Source of the DNA: the human T2T-CHM13v2.0 reference genome, Homo sapiens
NCBI RefSeq assembly: GCF_009914755.1
Contig: NC_060931.1
Strand: one strand, 5' to 3'
DNA: 64,000 nt
The notes beneath the pieces are model-generated. The model was not told the origin of the DNA, made no database searches, and saw nothing but the letters and a program-made list of their open reading frames with translations. The position numbers and the translations under genes were made by a program. Of the stretch, positions 1-12,895 are shown one piece after another (positions within the stretch are counted from its first letter, which is position 1; every line of letters starts with the position of its first letter).

Positions 1-362
1 ATATACAGATCAATTGATTGTTAGATAATTTAGGATAAATTATATATTTTTCATGAAATAATATTTTCACTTGTCCAATAAAATAAAACAAATGTATATT
101 ATCACTTTAGGAAATTAGAAACTCTTTGCTAGGTGGTATAATATAAAATATTATAGTTATACATAATTATATGTATGAGTCTATCATACACATAGGCATG
201 AAAGTGGCTGTCTTACTTGGCAATATCTGAGATATGATATGATGCCTTGCTCTTTTAAAAAATACCAGGTCCATTATTTATTTATTTTATTAGAATTTTA
301 TTAGAATCCATCCTTTAACAAAGCAAAAGGGGTTCATAAAAGTGAAAGAAGATTTCTGTTGA

Positions 363-704
<342 letters not shown>

Positions 705-732
705 TAATATTAAGATTAATAACAATACAAGC

Positions 733-930
733 AATAACAAAGCTTACTCTGAGTACTCACTATACACTTACTATGCCAGGTACTATGTACGTAAGTGTCA
801 TAGGTAAAAATTATGATGCATACTCACAGAAAAAGAAATTAATCTTTGAGGAATAAAGTGACTTGCCCAAGGTCCCACAGCTAGCACAGTATCTGAGCTT
901 GGATTTAATTCCTAGATGTCTGACTCCAAA
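733..930 (-). mobile_element. MIR SINE
   Basis: aagtgacttgcccaaggtcccacagctag...tctgactccaaa is the reverse complement of the MIR core. Confidence 0.8.
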
Positions 931-1109
931 TAATACAGTCAAACAGTCTATAAAACAAGAAGATTAAATGAAATAAACTCAGAAAAACACAGCTGTGGTT
1001 TTCTAAATGTTAATCAACTATTATACTGGAAAGCAAAAATGGTATGTTGAGAAAAACAACAGGTTTGAGTAGAATGCTATAGTAAAGGCCTCTGGAGAGG
1101 AGTCCTCCG

Positions 1110-1990
1110 TAATAGAAAAATGGGCAAAGAACAGGAAACTGGTAACTCACATTGAAGAAATACTCATAACCACAAAAAGAAAAAGAGAGAGAGAAAAGTT
1201 TAACTTAACTAATAAAGAAATGCAAATCAAAACAAGATGACATTTTCTGCTTTGAAATTGGAAAAGTTTTTTGAGGAGGTATAATTTTTTTCCCTTATAT
1301 TGGAGAAATAGTTGAGAAACAGGCATTATTATTAATGGTATAATTTAGCAAACTTTTCTGTAAGATAAGTTAGAATTACGAATGAAAAGATTATCTTCTC
1401 TTCTGGAAGTTTATTTTAAGAAAACAGAGTTGGGCAAAACTGTTTATTTGAGGATATCACTACAGCATTACTTTTAATGGCTAACCCTGAGAAACAATCT
1501 TTTTTTTTTTTTTTTTTGAGATGAACTCTTGCTCTGTTGCCCAGGCTAGAGTGCAGTGGCATGATCTCGGCTCACTGCAGCCTCGGCCTCCCGGGATCAA
1601 GGGTTCAAGTGATTCTCCTGCCTCAGCCTCCCGAGTAGCTGGGATTACAGGCACACGCCACCACGCCTGGCTAATTTTTGTGTTTTTAGTAGAGACAGGG
1701 TTTCACCATATTGGACAGGCTGGTCTCGAACTCCTGACCTCAAGTGATCCACCAGTGTCAGGCTCCCAAAATGCTGGGATTACAGACATGAGCCATTGTG
1801 CCGGGTCAAGAAACAATCTTGATGTGCAAACACAGTAGGGGGTAGGTCAAATTATTATGGAGAACCCTCAAAGTAGAAAATTACATAGTTATAAAATTAT
1901 GTTTTAGAATTTAGAAAATGATCTTTATTTTTAAAAATATGCATAGGATGCTATACACTAAATTTTCACAGTGCTTATCACTTCACGGAC
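1110..1990 (+). mobile_element. Old L1 (L1ME-like) 3' fragments, split by an Alu
   Basis: atagaaaaatgggcaaaga; aaagaaatgcaaatcaaaacaagatg match degenerate L1 ORF2 3' sequence. Confidence 0.6.
1500..1807 (-). mobile_element. Alu (AluS-type) with TSD agaaacaatc
   Basis: Poly-T, full Alu body, direct repeat agaaacaatc on both sides. ORF 1521..1838 is only an Alu translation. Confidence 0.95.
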
Positions 1991-2079
1991 AGATTTTGGC
2001 TGAATTTCTTTATATATGGTAAAATTAGTCATTAGGAATAAGCCTAGATTCACTATATTACCTAGTAAGAGACATTAGA

Positions 2080-2245
2080 GAAGAAACATGGGGGAGTTGA
2101 ACAAGTTTGGCCTAAGTTCAAATGCAGACTTTATCCCTGCTGGCTGTGTAACTTTCAGTGATTTATTTATAAAACTGTCATAGTGTTACAGCACGGAGGA
2201 AGACACGTAAAGCCTTTACACAATAAACACTTAGGAAATGTTTGT
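2080..2245 (+). mobile_element. MIR fragment
   Basis: ctaagttcaaatgc...ggctgtgtaactttcagtgattta...gtaaagcc resembles MIR. Confidence 0.5.
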
Positions 2246-2904
2246 TGTCCACGTCATATTTCCAGTTTACAGTTTTAAAATAATGTGAAAATGCAATTTT
2301 ATTTTGTACCACTCATATGAACAACACCTTATATAATTATTTAAAGCCGCACTTTTTATTAGCAAGTGAGCTATACTACAATAGCACCGCTATAGAGATT
2401 TATCAAAAGATGATAAAAGAGGCAAGGAACCTCAGGCTGGAAATAAGTGTGAGAAGCCGATCATGGTTACAGAGTGTTGAGAGGAGCATATCCTACACAC
2501 CCAGCCTGTCAATTTGAACTCCCTATAATCAAGTATAAAATCATTCCAATAAGTACAGATTGAGAGTTCCTTCTTGAATTATTTTATGGTTTATTTGCTT
2601 TTTATATTTCTCACACACATTATTTAAATAACCCAAACCACAAATATTGATATTCTACTGTGGATTGCACAAGTGTAAGTGGTTAACTGAAAAAAAGAAG
2701 TAATTCATATAGTGAAAGAGCAATAAAAAATACATCAACCCAATACAACCACCCTGTAGGTCTGTAGGCATGAATAACAAAGCAGACTAAATGAGAACAT
2801 TCTCGGCATGCAGTGTGCTGTTTACATTCTTACTAAGAAAATGTGCCTGAGTTAGAATTTATACTTCAAAACAGATTCTCAAATAATATTTTGATGTTAA
2901 TACG

Positions 2905-3510
2905 TCAGCACACCGATATGACTGGCTCCATGTCTTTCAGGCACATGCTACATTTCCCAATTTCCTTTGAATTTAGGGGTACCCATGTTATTTGTTTTGG
3001 CTAAATGTATAAGCGTGGAAGTAAAACATCACTTCTGGGAGGCAGTTTTAAGAGTTGGTGTGCAATTTGCACATCCTTTCTTTTTCCCTTTGCCACTGTA
3101 TCCAGGAAAGCTCTAGATGGTGGCAGCTCTATCATCCTGAATCCCAGAGAGAGGGGTGTAGAGGAGAGACTCCAACTGATGTTTGAGAGATATGCACTGT
3201 GAAGGAAAACAAAACCTCACTGATTTAAAGCAATGGCCCTTGACTGGAGGCAATTTTCCTTCCCAAAAGAATATTTGGCAATATCTAGAAACATTTTTTG
3301 GTTTTTACAACTTCCGCAGGGGTTGCACCTATGGCATCTAGTGGGTAATTGCCAGAAATGCTGCTAAACATCTGACAATACACCAGACAGCCTCCCACAA
3401 CAGAGTTATCCAATCCAAAATGTTAGCGCAAAGTCTGAGAAATTCTGTCAATCATGGAGATAGAATGATTTTTGTTGGTACAGCATCATCTAGGATACTC
3501 TGACTGATAG
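2905..3510 (+). mobile_element. MLT1-type (MLT1J-like) MaLR LTR, interrupted by MER20
   Basis: ctacatttccc...catgt...gtggaagt...aaaacc..tttaa; resumes after MER20 with ttggtacagc...ctgactgata. Confidence 0.6.
3231..3447. mobile_element. MER20 (hAT-Charlie MITE)
   Basis: atttggcaatatctagaaacattttttgg...tggcatctagtgggta...atgctgctaaacatc...gagaaattctg. Confidence 0.85.
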
Positions 3511-3650
3511 ATGGTTCAATATTTGGAAATCTGTTAATATAATCTTACCATAATGATGGGGCAAAGGAGAAAAAATGTGATCTTCTCAATAGATTTAGAA
3601 AACTCATGTGAGAAAAATACAATATCTATTTGTTAGTAAAAAGGAAATAA
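3510..3650 (+). mobile_element. Old L1 ORF2 (RT region) fragment
   Basis: gatggttcaatatttggaaatctgttaatataat...tctcaatagat corresponds to L1 GWFNIRKSINVI...SID. Confidence 0.65.
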
Positions 3651-4229
3651 TATCTATTTTCTTAATATCATATTTGAATACCATAAAACATATTTCTCAG
3701 AACAAAAGTAAAAATATCTGATTAGTATTTGGTCAGTTCAAAGAGTCTGTAAAGCCAAAAACTGGAAACAGTACAGTTGCTTAGTTGGTGATCGTATATC
3801 TCATGTACTTCTTGCTTCAGAAAATATGTGCTCATATCCATTGATAGAATCCATGAAGATCTCTTGGGGACTCCTGTCTCATGTAGGTATTTAAACAAAA
3901 TATGCTGTATCTTCTGTGCAGTTTTAAATTAGGGTTTTTTGAAAGATGAATTTATTACAACAGTTGTGACCTATAAAGTGACTAGATGGTACTTGCATCT
4001 GAAAAATCACTAAGTACTGGATAATAAAGTAGTCTAAATTATGGTGGCCTCCAGTTTATAACTAGTGAGTTACACACTTATATCCTTTTTATCCCTTTGG
4101 TAATAATAATAACTTAAAATTACAACTGACTAAGAACTGGGACCAGTGAGAACTCACACACTTTGCTGTTCCAGTGACAGCACTGCCTGGTTAATCCTGA
4201 GATGCGGGCTCAGCTGAGTTTGTTGGTAG

Positions 4230-4520
4230 TTGCATTCTAAGAATCCCATGAATTCCCAGGAGCTGAGCAATGAAACTCTAACTGAAATGGGGGAGCAAGA
4301 GATGCTTAAGAAAGAGGAATTACCATGGCAACTGCCCTTCTCCACATAATTTACCATTCACAGACTTGTGTGGTTATAAAATTGTCAATGGAAATTTTTG
4401 AGACAGATAACATAAATTTTGGAAGCAGTTCAAATGTCTTTGGTAAATGAAAAATGCCTGTTTGCCATAGGAAGATTTACCAGGTAAAGAGATGGTTTCT
4501 TCAGCTTAGATTTTACTGAT
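4230..4520 (+). mobile_element. Highly degenerate Tigger/pogo transposase C-terminal fossil
   Basis: Translates to SQELSNETLTEM...SMEIFETDNINFGSSSNVFGK*KMPVCHRKIYQVKR, which aligns by eye with [31 protein letters not shown] from the Tigger1 in this window. Confidence 0.6.
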
Positions 4521-4869
4521 TTTATTTTGAGAAGCCTTTACTTGTCCTGTTCATGCAAAAGAAAAAAAAAAAAACAATCCAAATTCTAAAGGAATATTTA
4601 AATGTTGTTTTTCACGAAAATTTGATTTTATACACTTGAAAATTATAAACATCATATATTTGTATCTTATTTTCTCTACTGATCAATTGGAGTGTTTTAT
4701 GGAATAAAATAAGTTTTCTGGAAATGAAATTCCAATTATGAACACTGAAACTATTGGAAATGAGGAGTTAACTTATGTTGGCTACACACATAACCAAGAT
4801 CAGGGGCAAATTGAAGGAAAGATGCATCCTATTTTCACTATTTATTCCTAATGAAAAAAAAATTGATTT

Positions 4870-4980
4870 TACAGACGAGGTCTCACTATGTTTGCCAGGC
4901 TGACCTTGAACTCTTGGGCTCAAGCGATTCTTCTATCATAGAGCAGCTGAGATTACAGGCATGTGCCACCATGCCAGGCC
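4870..4980 (-). mobile_element. Alu monomer/FLAM-like fragment
   Basis: gaggtctcactatgtttgccaggctgaccttgaactcttgggctcaagcgat...ccaccatgccaggcc. Confidence 0.85.
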
Positions 4981-7250
4981 ACTATCTCCACTTTTATTCA
5001 ACATAGTACTAGAAGTCCTACTCAGAGCAATTGAAAAGAGAAAGAAATAAAGAGCATTCAAATTGGAAAGGGAGATTTCAAATTATTATTGTTTGCAATG
5101 ATCTTATATTGCAAATATAAATATAAGATTATTATAATGATCTTATATATGAGATTATTTGATCATATGATTATTTGATTATTATAATGATCTTATATAT
5201 GTTTATTTGATCTTATATTTAAGATAATACAATGTAACAATCTTATATTCAGATCTTATACAAAATTTTTTATTTAGAAAAAATTAAAAACATCACCCAA
5301 AGATAAGTTTAGTAAAGTTACAGGATATAAAATCAACATACGAGAACCAGTGGCATTTCTATACACTAACAATGATCAATCTGCAGAAGAAATCAAGAAA
5401 GTAATTCCATTTATAGTAACTACAAAAAACTAGGAATAAACTTGAGAAGTGACACATCTCTACAAGGAAAATTATTAAAACATTGATAAAAGAAGTCGAG
5501 AGGACACACAAAAAAGTGGAAAGATATTCCATGCTCATGGATTGAAATAATATTATTAAAATTTCTATCAAAATACCAATGACATTCTTCACAGAAATAT
5601 AAAAAAAAATCCTAAAATTCGTACGGAATCACAAAAGGCTCCAAATAGGCAAAGGAATTCTGAGCATCTGGAGGCATCACATTACCTGATTTCAAATTAT
5701 GTAATAAAGCTATAATAACCAAAGCGGCATGGTACCGGCATAAAAACAGACATATAGACCAATGGAACAGAATAGAGAACACAGAAACAAATCCACACAC
5801 AGCCAACTCATCTTTGACAAAGGTGCCAAGAACATACAATAGGAAAAGGACAGACTGTTTAAATAAATGGTGCCAGGTAAACTGGATAACCATATACAGA
5901 ATGAAACTAGATCCCATCTTTCACCACGTACAAAAATCAACTGCAAATGAAATACACACTTAAATGTGAGACCTGAAACTATGAAATTACTAGAAGAAAA
6001 CACTGTGGAAATGCTACAGGTCATTGGTCTGGGGAAAAATTTTTGGGGTGAGACCTCAAAAGCATGGACAACAGAAGCAAAAAGAGACAAATGGGAATAC
6101 TTCAGGCTAAAAAGCTTTTACACAGCAAAGGAAATAATTAACAAAGTGAAGAGATAACCTACAGAATGGGAGAAAATATTTGCAAAGTATGCATCTAACA
6201 AGGGATTAGTAACATGAATATATAAGGAACTCAAACAACTCAGTAGTAAAAAAGCAAATAATCTGATTAAAAAATGATCAAAAGACCTGAATAGACATTT
6301 CTCAAAAGAGACATACAAATGGCCAACAGGTATATGAATAAAAGTTCAACATCACTAATCATCAGGTAAACACAAATCAAAACCACAATGGGATATCATC
6401 TCACTCCAGTTAAAATGGCTATTACCAAAAAAGACAAAAAATAGCCAATGTTGGTGAGGATGTAGAGAAAGGAGGATGCTCATACACTGTTGGTGGGAAT
6501 GTAATGTAGTGCAGTCATTATCGAAAACGGTATGGAGGTTCCTCAAAACTTTAAAATAGCATATGATCCAGCAATTGCACTGCTGTGTATATATATTCAA
6601 AAGAAAGGTAATCAGTATATCAAAAAGGAATCTGCACTCCCATGTTTATTGCAGCACTGTTCACAATAGCCAAGATATGGAGTCAATCTAAGTGTCTATC
6701 AACAAATGAATGGATAAAATGTGGTATATATACATAATGGAATATTACTCAGCCATAAAAAAGAATGAAATCCTGTCATTTGAAGCAACATGGATATAAC
6801 TGGAAGTCACTGTGTTTAAGTAAAATTAGCCAGGCACAGAAAGACAAATATTGCATGTTCTCACTCTTATGTGGGAGCTACAAAAGTGGATTTCACAGAG
6901 GTAGAGAGTAGAATGGTTATTATCACAGGCTAAAAAGGGAAGGTGTGAGTGAAGAATGAAGAGAAGTTGGTTCATGGGTACAAAAATACAGTTAGATAGA
7001 AGGAATAAGTTCTAGTATTCGATACTACAGCAGGAAAATTATAATTAACAATGATTTACTGAATATTTCAAAATAGCTAGAAGAGAAGAATTGTAATGTT
7101 CCCAACACAAAGAAAAGATACATGTTTGAGATGATGGATATGCCAATTACCCTGATTTGATCATTCAATATCGTAGACATGTATCAAAATATCATATGTA
7201 CCCCCACAATATATAAAACTATATCAATAAAAATATAAAATTAAAAAAGA
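4981..7250 (+). mobile_element. 5'-truncated L1MA (about L1MA3-5): ORF2 RT/C-terminus, 3'UTR and poly(A)
   Basis: ttcaacatagtactagaagtccta...; 3'UTR gggtacaaaaatacagttagatagaaggaataagttctag...aataaa. ORF is disrupted. Confidence 0.92.
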
Positions 7251-10159
7251 TTTATGTATATCATACAGCAATAAAAAGCAACCTATCCTAGACAATGATC
7301 AACTTAATTATTCTTTTTTCTTTTAATATATTATGTGTGAGCTCTAGAAACCCTAAATTCCATAAGTAGATCAATAGGAAACTGGGGAATTCAGCTTCAA
7401 AAACTGTGATGTATTAATCTCAGGTGTAGAAGCAGAGAATGGAGCTTTTTATTTCTGCAACATCCAGTGTTTCTTTATTATGTGAATGAATTTTAAGAAG
7501 AGTAATTGGAACATTATGTCAGTAATGTTTGCTTTTCATAATAGAAATAGAAAACTTCAGATATGTTAATCACATACAAATGTAAATCAGTGAGTATTTA
7601 GTACCAAAACACAGGAAAAGGTTTTCAATGTTCAAAAGTTTTATGGTTATATCTTTGCTATACATCAGGTATAGGTTTTATTCAAACAATTTCAAAGTTC
7701 TAAGGAGACAACTGCCAAGCCCAATGGATTATATATTCACGCTAGGGGTAAGGAGAGAGTGGTCAGGCAAAACTAGAACCCTTAGAGAGCTGGTCTAGTC
7801 TTGCCCAAAGGGAAAGAGTGCCCAAGAGCAGTTCAAATAATAGGGTGCATGGGTGCATGGCAATGAAACCTGTCACACTAATAATGTCCATTCTAATTCC
7901 AGAGGGATCTAGAAACATACTTTGCAAAGGAACAGGGTCACACAATGGCACAAAATACAAAGTGCTTGTTTTATTATTTCTGTTCAGTTTTCTCTAGGTA
8001 AGTGGAAAGGAGATACAAATGAACAAAAATATGTAACAGGTTGTTTTTGAAATACAGAACAAAGGACCAGGAGAAAAACTTCATTCTTTACCTTTGAGAA
8101 TTGCTTAGATGTAGTATTTACGCAGGCTGCATTCTGGATTGGCAATAAACCAATTAATAGTTGTGAAAACTATGTATTTCTATGATCATTAATTCATCTT
8201 ACAGGAGAAATTGCTCTGAAGAGGGGTTCAATTATCCAATTTTGTATCAAGCCTGCATTACAAATGACTAGTCAATTCAGTCAATGAATTATCTCAGATG
8301 AAAAAAATTCAGTGGTATAAGTTATTCTTATCATGTTGGCAACCACAAAATTAAGCCAAACAGAAAATGAAATGGGTTGGTTTGTCAGATATTCATTTCT
8401 TGGTAAATAAATTCATTGGTCATGCCTGCACCCATGGTCTCTCCTTAGGAAGGTGTGGGCTGGAATGGGCCTGATGGGCTACATGGTCCTGCTGCTCCTT
8501 GTTCTTTTATTTATTTTGTTTCTTTTCCTCATTCTTCTCTTTGAGATTGGTCTTTGGGAACCGGGCTTCAATCTTTAGGCTTCAGGATGAATACTGAATG
8601 AGAGGCCACAGTCCTGTGGTCATTTCCCAATGGAGAACGGCCCATTCCTTTCTTTGACATTTATGGACCACAGCTATTAAACAATAATTTTCTCTCTGAG
8701 CTATACCCAGTAAAATGTGCAAGTAGAGAGCTCTGCAAACTTCCATGCTGAGCTCAAGTTGCTCATTTGTATTCCAACTAAGGCAAATCTAATATACAGT
8801 TTGTACAAAATCCTCAGGCTGGAAATGTATATCATGGCCTAGCAGGTGAATTCCAAAGGCCTTTGCCAAACATCCGATGTCTCCTCATGGTTACTACCTT
8901 GCAAGAAGATCAAGAAAGAAAAGACATAAATGATGCTATTACAACAGGAATTTCTATGTTTCATTGATGACTGCCATATTGCTCAGTTTTGGGGCTATGA
9001 GATTGTTGAGGGTTAATAACTGCAGTGACTTTTAAAATTTATTCTTTCTTTGGTCAGGACAGGTCATCATCTGTCTTTGCTGGTGTCCCTTTTATGTCTT
9101 GCTAACGATTTGCTGAACATGTGCCTGATATACTACAGTTTTCATGAAATAGGCAGCGGACAACTATTGAGATATGCTTGGTGTTGATAGCATACAAGGG
9201 GCTGTATATGACTATTCTGTACACTGGCAGAAGTAAGCATTGCAAACACAAAATTCTGTAAGCATTACCTGGTTTGGCCTTTATGAGCACCAAATGTAAA
9301 CTCTAATAATAGAAGCAGGGGAGAGTCCTGAATTCAGGAGATAACATGAATGTCAAAATGATTTACTGAAAATAACTGAAGCCATACTTATTAATGAGAA
9401 TATTTTCTACACCATTGTGTACACATGTAAGGAAATCCAATGGGTTTCGTTATCAACCTCTATTTCCTCCTTTCTAAGGAAGTGGTGAAAACCTTTAATC
9501 CATGTGGCCAAGGATATAGATTTGTTCCACTTGGGACCCTCTTCTGTGTGAGCTGCATTACTCTTTTTCTATGAGGTATAATTTGAGGAAATAAGTTTGC
9601 TTCTTATGTCAAGGCACCAATATTTGCTTTTGTTCTTCCTTCAAATTCAGTTTTAAAGTAGTAAGTCTTAATTCCTCAGAAGTGCTTTACTTCTGTATTT
9701 TTCAAGTTCTTGGTTGAAGCTGTGCAGTGCTGTAGCTCTCTGCCTTTCTTACCTGAGTATTTTGAGATTTTTCTGCCAATTACCAGCTCCCTGTGGGATC
9801 ACCTTTTTTCCATAGAACATTTTTAAAGTATTACCATCTTTGTGGAATATGTGCTACAAAACATCAGCTATAGTGATGGAAAGCAGCATTTCTTTTGGGC
9901 AGAAAGATTTTATTTTACCATTTAGAACACCTTAAAATAGATCTCCCATTACACAAAATGGATATTTTAACACTTTATAGGCAATTTGATTAAACTTGCC
10001 CCTAGCAGCTCTGTGGTATGATTCATCTTTCTATAGTAAATAATTTGAAAGTTTTACCACTATTTAGTTTGCAAAAACCCACGGACCAGAAGCTTTAATA
10101 TCCATAGATTCCAATTAAACTCAGTAATACCAGGGTTATATAATCAGTTATTGAATTGG

Positions 10160-10490
10160 TCCAGGTAGACTAACTTTTATAACAAACAACCCTAAAATAT
10201 CTGTGGTATTGGGCAAACAAAGCTTATTTTTACTGACAATTCAATGTGGGTAGGCATGAGGGGTGATGTAGGAGTGGGGAGGATGAATTGTGATCCACAT
10301 AGTCATTCAGGGATCCAGGCCTTCCATATTGTGGCTCCCTTCTCCTCTAAGCCTTTGTTATCCTCTGTATTCAGATGGAGGCTTAATGGAAGAGGCCTAA
10401 AAATGACTATTTCAGCTCACAATCAATTATTCAGAACTGACTGCTATGTGCCTAAGAAGAAAAGGAGAACATGAATATTCCTTATAACTA
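10160..10490 (-). mobile_element. Old MLT1 (MLT1K/L-like) LTR fragment
   Basis: ataacaaacaaccctaaaatatctgtgg...aaagcttattt...ccacatagtcattcagggatccaggc. Confidence 0.6.
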
Positions 10491-11689
10491 GCAATGTCTC
10501 ATAGATATGAGATGATTTAACATCACTGCCCCAAGGACAAAAATAGAACAATTTTTGGTCTATTATACATTTACATTTTTTCTTATTTTTAACATTAAAC
10601 TTTCATTTTATATTTACATGTGAAAGTGATGTTATAATGACACCACTCTGTGGCTAATACTTGAAAATGATTCTATTGTGTCTTGCTCAGTAGGACTTTA
10701 TGTCATTTTCTTAATAAGAGTAATGAATTCACACTGAGTCATCCATATTTCCTTGCTCAGTTTTTGTGATCAATGGCAGGAATTTGTAAGATGCTTGAAT
10801 GGGGTTTCAGGTTCCAAGTGAAACAATAGAGGAAATTGAACTTACCTGACCATGAATGGCAACCTCTAATTGAAGGGATGAAATTAACAGCCATATTTAA
10901 AGAAATAAGAATATAAAAATGACCTATGAGAACGTAATTTCATAGAAACCAGGGAATATATTTTTATTTTAGCTACAGAGTTTAATGTTTTATTGTTTAA
11001 TAATTTAAGTGATTGACAAAGTTTGAGGATGTTTGATCATATTTGGGCAATGCATTGTATTGCTGGTTAAGAAAAATGAATATGTGTTTCTGAGTAGTTT
11101 GCTTAACATTTGGCAAGAGATTTAAAGACAGGATAATTCAAAAGAAATTTTTTCCTCAGCAACAGGAAACTTCATAGGTTTATTTAGAAACAAGGAACTG
11201 CAAATTGCCTGATTTGAAATACAGACCCTTACTTCAATAATCAGAAAGCAAGTACTTCATGTCTGCATATCAGCACTGTTAGATTTGGTCTTCCAGAGCA
11301 CAGCCAAGATGAATGATCTGGGAGAGCTTCAGAATTGTGCTTAAAACTAGGTTTATAACTGGGGCTTTGACATGTTTTGATATACAGAAATGAGGCACAA
11401 GGTTTGAGTCCATTGTCTATCCCAAAACCATTATTGATAATGTACTGTCTACCAACCATCCAAAAGTATGTGTGTCTGTATATGAAAGGAAAGGAGTGTT
11501 ACCTCTGCAAACCATGTAGGAACCACAGAGGAAAATACATTAATAGCATGAAACCCAAAAAAGGGTTTTTTTTTGGTAGTGCACAGGGATTATTTCACTT
11601 AAAAATTGTAAAATTAGTTTGCCTTCCAACATTTCATGTAAGTCATTTAGAATAATTCAAGTGTAAAGCAGGGACTTCAATTTTTTTAA

Positions 11690-11800
11690 GTTACCATATA
11701 TCAAGCACTTTCTGTGTGTCAGGCTCTGAGATCAGCAGCTATTATGAGTGATCTCATTTATTACTCACCATCTTATAAGATAGATGCTACTATTATCCCT
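11690..11800 (-). mobile_element. MIR fragment
   Basis: gcactttctgtgtgtcaggc...atctcatttattactcac...gatagatgctactattatcc. Confidence 0.65.
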
Positions 11801-11999
11801 TCTCCTCCTTTATCTATTGTTACCATTAAACTTGTTCATTCATTAAATGTTTAATGGTCATCTAACATACACCAAATACTATGAAATGCACCGAGGAAAC
11901 ACTGAGGTGAGCAGAGAATATCTGCAACTAATATAATGTCATTTTACTACATTATGTCATTCATTCTGAATAATCCATTATCAAGAGTTTTCTGTTCTT

Positions 12000-12300
12000 C
12001 CAGATCAAGGGCTTTCCTTTCTCAGGCTCTTACACAAATGCTTCCTCCTCTGGAACGCTCTTTTCTGTACTCTTCTCCAGGCCTCCGTACCTACGATCTT
12101 AACCTAAATATCACTTCTTCAAATAGATTTTCCTTGATCCACCAGTCTAACTTAAATTCCTTAAGTTAACCTTTTTCATAGTCCTTCTTCATTCTCCTTT
12201 ATCCCACTGAACACAATTTATAACTGTACATTCATGAGTGTTTTTTTAATGCCTGTATTCTAAATTTAACTGTAATCTCCTTGAGGGCAAGAGCCATGCC
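12000..12300 (+). mobile_element. L2 3' fragment
   Basis: ttcctcctctggaacgctc...aaatatcacttcttc...ctgtaatctccttgagggcaagagccatg. Confidence 0.7.
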
Positions 12301-12509
12301 ATTTAGGTTTTTTATGTGCAAAGTTTAAGGGTTTGTATTTTGTTCTAAGTGCAAATAGAAGCCATGTATCTGGCTTTTTAACAGTTCAGTGAAATGTCCC
12401 AATTTACATTTTAAAAAGACCTTTTAAGCCCCAAGACCTCTCATCACGCACTTTACTGGATAAAACTGTGTGGATTCATGTGGGAAAGTCCCAGCTAAAC
12501 TAAGGGAAA

Positions 12510-12895
12510 CACAGGAGTGGAGCACGGAGGACTTTTAGGGCAGTGAAACTACTCAGTATAGTACTACTATATAATGGTAGATTCATGACATTAAAATATG
12601 AATTTACCTGACCATGAATGACATCCTGTAGAATGTACAACACCAAGAATGAACGCTAATATGAACTACAGAATTGAATGTACAGTATTAAAAGTGCAAT
12701 CTCATGTAAAGTATGGACCTGGGTGTCTTGTAGGTTCATCAATTGTAACAAATGTGTTGTGGGATGTTGATAGTGAGGAAGGCTATGCATATGTGGAGAT
12801 AGGAGGCATATGAGATATCTCCATACCTTCTGCTCAATTTTGCAGTGAACCTAAAACTGCTCTAAAAACAATAAAATCTATTAAAAAAAAAAAAG
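12510..12895 (+). mobile_element. L1MC/MD 3' end
   Basis: agcacggaggacttttagggcagtgaaact...tagaatgtacaacaccaaga...gaacctaaaactgctctaaaa followed by an A tail. Confidence 0.85.

Noticed and set aside
5359-6600. Cluster of 60-126 aa ORFs
   Set aside because: Sense and antisense readings of a degraded L1MA ORF2.
8092-9790. Three short minus-strand pseudo-exons (~8092-8133, ~9269-9327, ~9753-9790)
   Set aside because: Weak polypyrimidine tracts and no recognisable protein. Such matches are expected by chance.
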